Positions 56,314 to 64,000 of a stretch of DNA of 64,000 bases are shown piece by piece (positions within the stretch are counted from its first letter, which is position 1; each line of letters opens with the position of its first letter). The notes under the pieces are model-generated. The model worked only from the letters and a program-made list of their open reading frames with translations. It was not told where the DNA came from and searched no databases. The position numbers and the translations under genes were made by a program. The DNA comes from Bacteroidia bacterium (lineage in GTDB: Bacteria > Bacteroidota > Bacteroidia > NS11-12g > UBA9320). The DNA lies in NCBI GenBank assembly GCA_020053795.1, contig JAGVMN010000012.1:11347-75346 (forward strand), read 5' to 3'.

Positions 56314-56529
56314 AAGAAAGTATAAATATAGCAGTTTAAAATTCAAATGTAGGAAATTAAAATGATAATACAAATCTGACTAATATTGATATGGTCTAAT
56401 TTCCAATAAATTGGTTGCATTGTTCGCGTTTTTCACTTTTAGAAAAGACAAATGACAAAAGGGGTTTTATTTTCTAATGATTTGAGAATGTGCTTGAAAA
56501 GATCACACCCAAAGAAATTGTAACTGAAA

Positions 56530-56898
56530 TTATTTTCTGAAAATAAAATAGACAGCCAGAATCAGGCATACAAAACCGGCAAAGTGATTCCACCTGAGGG
56601 TCTCGTTTTTGAAAAAGAGGAGGGTGAACAAAACAAAAACTACCAATGTTATGATCTCCTGTATCACTTTGAGTTCCACCAAACTAAAGGGACCGCCATT
56701 CTCTTTAAATCCGATTCTATTGGCCGGAACCTGAAAACAATACTCGAACAAGGCAATTCCCCAACTGATCAGCACAATTGAAATGAGCCCGAGATTCTCA
56801 AACCATTTCAAATCCTTAAACCGAAGATGGCCATACCAGGCCAGGGTCATAAATGTATTGGAAAGAACGAGCAGGCCTATGGTGTAGAAAGCTTTCAT
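56530..56898 (-). CDS. DMT-superfamily small membrane protein (DUF486)
   Basis: 122 aa with 4 TM helices. The N-terminus LSNTFMTLAWYGHLRFK is the DUF486 signature. Confidence 0.75.
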   Translation of the reverse strand: MKAFYTIGLLVLSNTFMTLAWYGHLRFKDLKWFENLGLISIVLISWGIALFEYCFQVPANRIGFKENGGPFSLVELKVIQEIITLVVFVLFTLLFFKNETLRWNHFAGFVCLILAVYFIFRK

Positions 56899-57080
56899 AA
56901 TATTTTCCTTCGTGTTGTAAAGGATTCGAAATTACTTTTTTGGATGAAATAATGCCTGAATAGACTGCGACTTATTGATTGACCACTTGGATTGACATGA
57001 AAAAAACTATTTTCGTCCTGTACGGTTAATTTGCTGAAATATCAGAAATCCAAATGGAGGTCTATCACGTATATGGCGAT

Positions 57081-57653
57081 ATGAAACAAGTAATAACAAT
57101 CGTATCAACCAGTTTTTTGATGATCCTCAGTGCCTGCGGTCAGGGGAATTATAGCAGCCAAAAGGCAACAACAACAGATTCGATCACCCAAAAACCAAAC
57201 CTTATGAAATCAAAAACCAAACCCGATTCGGCGGAAATGAACAAACTACGGAGTGAAGTAAAAGACGGAAAAACGAAAACCTTCAATCAACTGACAGAAT
57301 TTGAAAAATCAGTCATAGAGCAGAAAGGTACAGAAAGAGCCTATACCGGAGAGTATTATGACCACAAAGGAACAGGGGTGTATGTTTGTCGTAAGTGTGA
57401 TGCTCCGCTCTATTATTCTTCCGACAAGTTCGATTCGCATTGCGGATGGCCGAGTTTCGATGATGAAATAAAAGGGGCCGTAAGAAGGCAAACGGATATT
57501 GACGGTCATCGGATAGAGATTATCTGCAACAATTGTCAGGGTCATTTGGGACATGTTTTTTCAGGTGAGGGCTTTACACCGAAAGACACCCGCCATTGTG
57601 TGAACAGCGTTTCCATCAAATTCATACCTTATGAAAAATCCGATGGCCAATAA
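57081..57653 (+). CDS. msrB: Peptide-methionine (R)-S-oxide reductase MsrB, exported lipoprotein form
   Basis: Lipobox MILSAC. Zinc CxxC pairs (CRKCDAPL, CNNCQGHLGHVF). Catalytic RHCVNS. Confidence 0.9.
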   Translation: MKQVITIVSTSFLMILSACGQGNYSSQKATTTDSITQKPNLMKSKTKPDSAEMNKLRSEVKDGKTKTFNQLTEFEKSVIEQKGTERAYTGEYYDHKGTGVYVCRKCDAPLYYSSDKFDSHCGWPSFDDEIKGAVRRQTDIDGHRIEIICNNCQGHLGHVFSGEGFTPKDTRHCVNSVSIKFIPYEKSDGQ

Positions 57654-58299
57654 ATTCTTTTTTACCCTACTTTTGGGTCTTGGAGTTTTGTCTTCCTGTC
57701 CCCAGAACAAAAGTCAAAACCAGAACGTGAATAATGAAACGAACAACATGACAGATACAACAATTCGGACAGATACTGCCACCTTCGGAGCCGGATGCTT
57801 CTGGTGCGTTGAGGCTATTTATCAGGGCATTAAAGGGGTTCTAAAAGTAGAATCTGGATATGCTGGAGGGCACGTTAAAAAACCGACTTACAACGAAGTT
57901 TGTTCCGGCAAAACCGGGCATGCCGAGGTAGCAAGAATTGTTTTCGATCCGGCGGTCATCTCATACGACTTGCTTTTGGAAGTTTTCTGGCACAGCCACG
58001 ACCCGACAACCCTGAACAGGCAGGGAGCTGATGTGGGTGATCAATACCGTTCGGTAATCTTTTATCACAGCGATGCTCAGAAAAAAACCGCCGAAGCCTC
58101 CTTAAAGAAAACCGATGCCGGACATCTCTGGGCCGACCCGATTGTGACAAGCATAGTGCCTTTGAACAACTATTACCCCGCCGAAGACTACCACCAAAAC
58201 TACTTTGCCCAAAACCCGGACAAAGGGTATTGCTCTGCGGTGATAGCTCCCAAAGTTGCCAAGTTCAGGAAGGAGTTTAAGCATCTGCTGAAGGATTGA
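57631..58299 (+). CDS. msrA: Peptide-methionine (S)-S-oxide reductase MsrA, exported lipoprotein form
   Basis: Lipobox VLSSC. Catalytic GAGCFWCVEA. GYAGG...PTYNEVCSGKTGHAEV. Overlaps msrB by 23 nt. Confidence 0.9.
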   Translation: MKNPMANKFFFTLLLGLGVLSSCPQNKSQNQNVNNETNNMTDTTIRTDTATFGAGCFWCVEAIYQGIKGVLKVESGYAGGHVKKPTYNEVCSGKTGHAEVARIVFDPAVISYDLLLEVFWHSHDPTTLNRQGADVGDQYRSVIFYHSDAQKKTAEASLKKTDAGHLWADPIVTSIVPLNNYYPAEDYHQNYFAQNPDKGYCSAVIAPKVAKFRKEFKHLLKD

Positions 58300-58416
58300 A
58301 AATTGTACAAAGTGGTTGGAGGTAATAAACTCCGACCAGCCGAGAATATTACTGGCCAAAACCTGCATTGCCGATATTTCCAGATGTCTCGCCCTGAGTT
58401 TATCGCAGGGTCAATT

Positions 58417-58983
58417 TCACTCTGTCCTCCAACAATCCTTCATGTGCTCATCAATCATCCCAACCGCCTGCATAAAAGCATAACAACCCGTTGGCCCAAC
58501 AAATGAGAAACCGCGTTTCTTCATGTCTTTGCTCATAGCCAGGCTTTCTGTACTTGTTGGTTCATAGTCTTTCATGTTGGCTGGTCTTTTCACAATTGGT
58601 TTGTTCCCTACAAATTGCCAGACATATTTATCAAAACTCCCGAACTCCTTTTGCACTTCCAGAAAGCGTTTGGCGTTGTTGATGGTCGCATTTATTTTGG
58701 CTTTATTGCGAATGATGCCCTCGTTGTTCATCAGTTCCTGAAATTTCAAATCGCCATAACCCGATATCTTTTGCGGATCGAAACCCTCAAAGGCCGCATG
58801 GAAATGATGACGGCGTTTCAGGATGGTATGCCAGCTCAATCCGGCCTGAAAGGTCTCTAACACCAGATGCTCAAAAAGGTGCAGATCGTCATGAGACGGC
58901 TGCCCCCATTCGTTGTCGTGATAGTACATGTACAAATCGTCTTTCAGGCACCAGCCACAGCGAACTTTTTCTTTTTTTTCCAT
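58417..58983 (-). CDS. tag: DNA-3-methyladenine glycosylase I
   Basis: RCGWCLKDDLYMYYHDNEWGQPSHDDLHLFEHLVLETFQAGLSWHTILKRR plus C-terminal zinc-ligand residues. The start is taken at Met 58983. Confidence 0.9.
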   Translation of the reverse strand: MEKKEKVRCGWCLKDDLYMYYHDNEWGQPSHDDLHLFEHLVLETFQAGLSWHTILKRRHHFHAAFEGFDPQKISGYGDLKFQELMNNEGIIRNKAKINATINNAKRFLEVQKEFGSFDKYVWQFVGNKPIVKRPANMKDYEPTSTESLAMSKDMKKRGFSFVGPTGCYAFMQAVGMIDEHMKDCWRTE

Positions 58984-58994
58984 AATTTTACCCA

Positions 58995-59357
58995 ATGACC
59001 AACAAAGTAATGTCTTTTCAGAACCTTCCGCAAGGTTATACCAAACAACAATTGTTTGACCTCGTGCTTGATCAGATCAGAAAAGACTTCGACGCATTCA
59101 GTCTTGAATTTTCTTTTTCGGGCAATGCTGATGAACCATTGGATAAACTGACCGATGCCCTCATCCGCATACTTGAAAAAGTACATTACCAAAACACCAG
59201 TGTTTTTATGAGCCTGATGTACCGCATAGACCTCAGAGAAAGCAAGGTAAAAGAAGCCCTGATGTTGCCCTCCGAAGCCTGCTACCCCGCTTTGGCTGCT
59301 CTGGTCTTAGACCGCGAGTTGCAAAGGGTTTTGACGCGGATAGTGGTGAAATCGTAG
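58995..59357 (+). CDS. Hypothetical protein
   Basis: 120-aa ORF divergent from tag with almost no intergenic space. No family was recognised. An alternative start is the Met at 59010. Confidence 0.4.
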   Translation: MTNKVMSFQNLPQGYTKQQLFDLVLDQIRKDFDAFSLEFSFSGNADEPLDKLTDALIRILEKVHYQNTSVFMSLMYRIDLRESKVKEALMLPSEACYPALAALVLDRELQRVLTRIVVKS

Positions 59358-59501
59358 TTACAAGGACTCATGAGCTAATGCCGTTGGTGGATAAGTAACA
59401 TAGAAATGGGATAAAAAAGATATTTCAAGTTTGACACCTCATAACGGATTAACTAACCTTGCATTATTGAATTAAATATTATCTTCAGGCACCATTTTTA
59501 C

Positions 59502-62500
59502 ATGACAAAACATCGGGACGATCTTATCAGGAATTACCTCCAAAAGGTTAAAGCGGCGAACAAGGAGCTAACCAAGAAGGAGGCATTCAAAGATTTGTTG
59601 AATCGCTTGTACTCCGGTGAAAAGGAAATTGAAAAAATAATTGATGCCATTAGTGCCGGAGCCGAAAAAACCATCATCAACATTCCAAGGAGAGATAAGC
59701 TTCATAAAGGAAGTGCAGATACACTTTACAACAAGATCATTATTGAATTTGAGAATGACCTTAAGGTTACTCTTAAACATGCCAAAGAACAATTGGCGGG
59801 GTATCTTCTTGGCGAATTCAATTCTGGTGAAGGATATAACTTCACACTCATTGTTTCAGATTTTATCACCTGGAAGGTATTTGCACCAGAGGTGTCCCAA
59901 CTCGAAAATTTGAAAAATCTGAAAGAAGATGAATTGATATTGAATGAAGTCAAGGGTTCATCAATGGTTCTTAACGAGCATAACTCCGAAAACTTTTACT
60001 ATTGGATAGACCGCTACCTTTTCAAAGAACAAAAGCAAAGGGCTACACTCAAAAGAATTGAAGAATCTTTTGGATACCAGAGTCCGGTTTTCATAGAGTC
60101 TTTTTTGGAATTGACGAAGCATTTCAATGAGGTTAAGAAGTTTGGCGAAGTGCAGGTTTCCTATGAGCAATGGAAAAAATTCCTTTCCATCGCTTATGGT
60201 TCTTTTGATGCCGGAGAAAACAACTTTCTCATTCATACCTATCTCAGTGTTTTTTCTAAAATTCTGGCTTACGCCGTTGTCAGCAATGACGATTATATTG
60301 ACGATGACGAACTAAAAGGCATCATTAGCGGCAGCATCTTCCACAAATACAATATCCAGAATTTCGTTGACAACGATTTCTTTCACTGGATTGGCAGTGA
60401 GAGAAATTTCAGGGGATTGAAAAAGGTTTTTCGCCTCATTGCACAGGAAATTTCGGCATACGATTTCGAAAATGTTGATGAAGATATTTTGAAAGGAGTC
60501 TATCAGGAATTGATAGACCTTGACACAAGGCATACTTTAGGTGAATATTATACCCCCGACTGGCTTTGTGAACGAATTGTAAACGCGTTCCAGTTTAAGG
60601 CAACAGACAAATTCTTAGACCCTTCCTGCGGTAGTGGCTCGATTCTTAGGGCTATCATACACCGAACCAAACAGCTAAATCCAAATATTTCTGCGGCGGA
60701 ATTGTGCAACAACATTTACGGAATTGACATTCACCCTTTGAGTGTTCAGATTGCAAAAACAACGATCCTTCTTACTTTGGGAAAAGAGATAACTCAGGCA
60801 AAAAAACCGATCCACATTAACATCATTTTGGCCAACACGCTGCTTGCCCCCGATGGTGTCAAAAATCTGTTCGGAGGTGAGTTCACCATCCATATTGACA
60901 AAGAAAAACTCTTTCTCAATACACAGGTGTTTGAAGATGTACAATTGTTTGACGAGGCCATTGAAGTGTGTGAAGATTTGGCCGAACAGACCATGCACAA
61001 GAAAAAGGAAAGCAGGCAAACCTTTGAAAACAATCTGCGGTGTCGCTATAAGAACGGGGGATTGAATCCGCAGGTGATGGACAGTTTCTATAAAATCTAT
61101 GAATCCCTCAAATCAGTGAAGGAAAAAGGGCGGGACAGTATTTGGAAGTTCATCGTCCAGAACCTTTACAAGCCCTATTTCTTAAATAAGAAGTTTGACT
61201 ATGTGGTTGGTAATCCGCCCTGGTTCACTTTCAGCTCAATCAGAAATGAAGAGTATCAAAACCTTCTCAATGGCCTGGCAGAGAAATATGATGTGAAGCC
61301 GGACAGGGTGGCCAATTTTCCCCACCTTGAAATTGCAGCCATTTTCATGAGTTATTGCAGCAGCTATTTCTTAAAGGAGAATGGAAGGTTAGCGTTTGTT
61401 TTACCAAGGAGCTTCTTCAGTGCCGACCACCATGAAAACACCCGGAGTGGGAAAGCAAAAGGTTTTCGCCTCACTGAAATTTGGGATTTGATGGACGTAT
61501 CGCCTTTGTTTAGAGTGCCGAGTTGCGTGTTGTTTGCCGAAAAAGCAGAAAATAAAAGAGCCATGCCCCTAACTGGAATTGAAGGAATTTCTTTTACCGG
61601 AAATTTGCCTGCACACAACTGCAATCTGCAGGCGGCTACACCCAAACTTACCGAAGATTCGCATAAATGGTATTACATCAGGCAAGGCAAATCCTCGGCA
61701 TTCTCTATGCGTAAGGACAAAGCACTGAAAGGAGTCAATCCATACAGAAAACTTTTCAAACAGGGGGCAACCATAGTTCCCCGTGCTTTTTATTTTGTTG
61801 AACTCAATCAGGAAACTCCACCTGATTTTGAAGAAAGGATCATAAACGTCAAAACATCTTTAGAACTTAACGGAGATGCTAAAGCTCCCTGGAAAGGACT
61901 TGACTTTGAAGCGAGGATAGAAAGCAATTTTATTTTTCGGACATTACTTGCAAAGAGCATTCTGCCTTTTGCATTGTACAAACCCAGTTTAGTTGTGCTC
62001 CCAATAACGATTGAGACAAGTAAGGAAAAAGGGAAAGAAATAAAACTTCACTCACCAGATGAACTTAGAGGTAAAGGATACGGGTTTGCTTCAAAGTGGT
62101 TTGCAGATAAAGAAAATATTTGGACGTACAATAGAACTGCAAAGAACAAAAATATTTCTTCTGAAAATTATTTGAACTGGCATAACAAATTAACCGACCA
62201 AAATTTAAATGCACAATATCTTGTACTTTACAACTCATCAGCAAAAGATGCTAACGCAGTTGTAGTTGATAGAAGATTCATTGATTTTGAAAAAGAATAT
62301 TCGAAGTTAGAATTTATGGTTGAAAGTGTAACTTACGTTTTTTATACTTACGATGCAAGAGAAGCTCACTACTTAACAGCAATTCTTAATTCAACAACTC
62401 CAAACCTAATGATGAAAGATTTTCAGGCGAAAGGTTTGTTCGGAGCAAGACATGTTCACAAAAAAATTCTTGACATTTATTTTCCAAAGTTTGACGAGTA

Positions 62501-62693
62501 CGATAAAGTTCACCGCGAGTTGTCATTACAAAGCACATTGGCACATATAAAAAGTAGAGATTTCTTAGAAACCCTTGACACAACAAAGAAAGTCGAGGGA
62601 TTACAATTAGGGAAAATTCGACTGGAAATCAAAAGACATCTGAGCAAAGAGATGGAGGCGATTGACAAATTGGTGAAACAAATTATTGGTTAG
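59502..62693 (+). CDS. Stand-alone large N6-adenine DNA methyltransferase fusion with MmeI-like (type IIG/IIL) architecture
   Basis: N-terminal PD-(D/E)xK-like block (GSADTLYNKIIIEFENDLKVTLKHAKEQLAGYL). Helical spacer. GEYYTPDWLCERIV. SAM motif I LDPSCGSGSIL. Motif IV VVGNPPWFTFS. A ~440-aa C-terminal region is long enough for a target-recognition domain. Confidence 0.7.
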   Translation: MTKHRDDLIRNYLQKVKAANKELTKKEAFKDLLNRLYSGEKEIEKIIDAISAGAEKTIINIPRRDKLHKGSADTLYNKIIIEFENDLKVTLKHAKEQLAGYLLGEFNSGEGYNFTLIVSDFITWKVFAPEVSQLENLKNLKEDELILNEVKGSSMVLNEHNSENFYYWIDRYLFKEQKQRATLKRIEESFGYQSPVFIESFLELTKHFNEVKKFGEVQVSYEQWKKFLSIAYGSFDAGENNFLIHTYLSVFSKILAYAVVSNDDYIDDDELKGIISGSIFHKYNIQNFVDNDFFHWIGSERNFRGLKKVFRLIAQEISAYDFENVDEDILKGVYQELIDLDTRHTLGEYYTPDWLCERIVNAFQFKATDKFLDPSCGSGSILRAIIHRTKQLNPNISAAELCNNIYGIDIHPLSVQIAKTTILLTLGKEITQAKKPIHINIILANTLLAPDGVKNLFGGEFTIHIDKEKLFLNTQVFEDVQLFDEAIEVCEDLAEQTMHKKKESRQTFENNLRCRYKNGGLNPQVMDSFYKIYESLKSVKEKGRDSIWKFIVQNLYKPYFLNKKFDYVVGNPPWFTFSSIRNEEYQNLLNGLAEKYDVKPDRVANFPHLEIAAIFMSYCSSYFLKENGRLAFVLPRSFFSADHHENTRSGKAKGFRLTEIWDLMDVSPLFRVPSCVLFAEKAENKRAMPLTGIEGISFTGNLPAHNCNLQAATPKLTEDSHKWYYIRQGKSSAFSMRKDKALKGVNPYRKLFKQGATIVPRAFYFVELNQETPPDFEERIINVKTSLELNGDAKAPWKGLDFEARIESNFIFRTLLAKSILPFALYKPSLVVLPITIETSKEKGKEIKLHSPDELRGKGYGFASKWFADKENIWTYNRTAKNKNISSENYLNWHNKLTDQNLNAQYLVLYNSSAKDANAVVVDRRFIDFEKEYSKLEFMVESVTYVFYTYDAREAHYLTAILNSTTPNLMMKDFQAKGLFGARHVHKKILDIYFPKFDEYDKVHRELSLQSTLAHIKSRDFLETLDTTKKVEGLQLGKIRLEIKRHLSKEMEAIDKLVKQIIG

Positions 62694-62713
62694 CGGGTTT
62701 GAAAAGAAATTAG

Positions 62714-63334
62714 TTGAGTATGGAAACAAGAAAAGAGCATTGGGAACAGGTGTATGCCACCAAACAACCGCATGAAGTAAGCTGGACACAAAACCTGCCA
62801 AAAACCTCGCTCGACTTCATTCACAGTTTCAAACTGACAAGGGCCTCTAAGATTATTGACATAGGCGGAGGAGACAGCAAACTGGTAGATTACCTGCTCG
62901 ACGAGGGCTACCAAAATATTACGGTGCTTGACATTTCTGAGAAAGCCATCGAAAAGGCCAAACAAAGACTTGGCAAAAGAGCAGCAAAGGTGAATTGGAT
63001 TGTCAGCGACGTCACGGCATTTCGCCCAGCTACGACTTACGACTGCTGGCACGACAGGGCAACGTTTCACTTTCTGACAAAACATGACGAGATTACAACC
63101 TATCTGGAAATAGCCAGGAAAGCGGTGAAAAGATTCATGGCTATAGGAACATTTTCAGACCGGGGCCCCATCAAATGCAGCGGACTTGAGGTGCACCAAT
63201 ATACGGAGGAAGAACTTGAACAGCAGTTGGCCAATGGTTTTGAAAAACTGAAGTGCATTACCGAAGATCATACAACGCCCTTCGATACCACCCAGAACTT
63301 TTTGTTCTGTAGTTTCAAACGAAATTCTCTTTAA
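62714..63334 (+). CDS. Class I SAM-dependent methyltransferase (small-molecule type)
   Basis: Motif I IIDIGGGDSKLVDYLLDEG, post-I VLDISEKAIEKAKQR, then DVTAF...YDCWHDRATFHFL. Confidence 0.75.
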   Translation: MSMETRKEHWEQVYATKQPHEVSWTQNLPKTSLDFIHSFKLTRASKIIDIGGGDSKLVDYLLDEGYQNITVLDISEKAIEKAKQRLGKRAAKVNWIVSDVTAFRPATTYDCWHDRATFHFLTKHDEITTYLEIARKAVKRFMAIGTFSDRGPIKCSGLEVHQYTEEELEQQLANGFEKLKCITEDHTTPFDTTQNFLFCSFKRNSL

Positions 63335-63421
63335 GCATTATCTCTTTAAACGGGCTTTTTTCCGAAGGATGTTGGTTTTCTCCCTTTTGTTTCATAGGAT
63401 TGTTTTACTTTTACTCTGAAA

Positions 63422-64000
63422 ATGAGCAAGCTCTTGAAACAAAATATTGCAAAGATGGCCCGCATCGGTGCCGACCCGAATGACGACGATGACGTCAAAC
63501 TTCAGAAATCTCTCCTTGTGCTCTGCTCTTTTCCGTTCGCCTTTGCCGGGATATTATGGGGATTGATGTATATCCTTTTCGGGGAAAAACTGGCAGGCAT
63601 GATTCCATTGTCATATTCTGTGGTTTCATTGATCAGCATTATATACTTTGGCCTGACGCGAAGGTTTCAGATTTTCAGGTTCAGCCAGTTATTATTAATT
63701 CTATTGCTTCCGTTTGCGTTGATGCTGGCTTTGGGTGGTTTTGTCGGCGGCAGTTCAGTTATCCTTTGGGCTCTTATTTCACCCCTCGGTGCCATGCTTT
63801 TCGACAAACCCGGTCATGCTCCGCGTTGGTTTATGGCCTTTGTTTTTCTGGTGGTTTTGTCTGGCATTTTGCAGCCATATCTCAACTGGACGAATCAACT
63901 TTCACCTGAACAGGTGACGCTGTTTTTTGTCATCAACCTGGCGGGTGTCGGAGCTTTGATCTTCTCTATGGTTTTCTATTTCGTGGGTAAGAAGAATGTA
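63422..64000 (+). CDS. Polytopic membrane protein, 3' end outside the window (not in the supplied ORF track)
   Basis: From ATG 63422 the frame is open to base 64000 by my translation: MSKLLKQNIAKMARIGADPNDDDDVKLQKSLLVLCSFPFAFAGILWGLMYILFGEKLAGMIPLSYSVVSLISIIYFGL... At least 5 hydrophobic helices are present. The track ORFs at 63556-63909 and 63735-63917 are in other frames. Confidence 0.5.
   Translation, partial: MSKLLKQNIAKMARIGADPNDDDDVKLQKSLLVLCSFPFAFAGILWGLMYILFGEKLAGMIPLSYSVVSLISIIYFGLTRRFQIFRFSQLLLILLLPFALMLALGGFVGGSSVILWALISPLGAMLFDKPGHAPRWFMAFVFLVVLSGILQPYLNWTNQLSPEQVTLFFVINLAGVGALIFSMVFYFVGKKNV

Noticed and set aside
58972-58979. An A8/T8 homopolymer right after the tag start codon (ATG GAA AAA AAA GAA), considered as a possible phase-variation tract
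   Set aside because: Eight residues is short for slipped-strand switching, and a housekeeping glycosylase is an unlikely contingency gene. There is no supporting evidence in the sequence.

Overview
The window looks like a Bacteroidota chromosomal segment. Evidence: many T9SS type-A and type-B C-terminal sorting domains, PKD/SBBP/PD40 surface proteins, lipoprotein signals, TAnnTTTG-like -7 boxes, and no obvious Shine-Dalgarno dependence. All calls come from reading motifs in the supplied translations and the DNA by eye; no searches were run, and start codons are approximate.

Content, left to right:
- beta-helix T9SS protein (5' partial), AI-2E transporter, membrane protein
- orphan 3' gene fragment, then an ECF-sigma / anti-sigma / PKD-T9SS cassette
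- 782-aa ThiF(E1)-nitroreductase fusion
- PlsC-type acyltransferase, GDPD, decayed SBBP pseudogene, pyrC, NUDIX
- tro/znu-like metal ABC operon whose first permease is fused to a DtxR/MntR-type regulator
- 6.8-kb type I R-M island (fused HsdM-HsdS, KilA-N gene, short HsdR) containing two long perfect palindromes built on TCGAATTCGA
- TonB receptor, HmuY-like lipoprotein, PD40 propeller, DUF1801/YdeI
- a second cassette (T9SS type-B protein plus Cys/Trp-rich secreted protein) bracketed by a duplicated ydeI 3' end
- VOC fragment, PAS-HisKA protein, cbpA-cbpM, ferritin-like protein
- DUF4160/DUF2442 pair, 1310-aa MORN/WG/DUF3298 protein, frameshifted DUF5615 plus DUF433 pair
- an IS3-family element with 3-bp TSD, then rluD
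- a cluster of GTCCC-N3-GGGAC hairpin repeats
- a tight six-gene operon of exported proteins (DUF1549-like lipoproteins, Tat-signal DUF1501-like enzyme, PSCyt-like lipoprotein, small lipoprotein, 1154-aa CUB/T9SS adhesin)
- DUF486, msrB-msrA, tag
- a stand-alone 1063-aa MmeI-like methyltransferase/nuclease fusion, a small SAM methyltransferase, and a 3'-partial membrane protein not in the ORF track

No rRNA, tRNA or CRISPR array was recognised.

Most noteworthy:
1. The six-gene exported-protein operon at 48.6-56.3 kb.
2. Accessory segments bracketed by duplicated gene ends, seen three times with no recombinase inside the first two.
3. The palindrome pair inside the R-M operon.
4. The permease-metalloregulator fusion.
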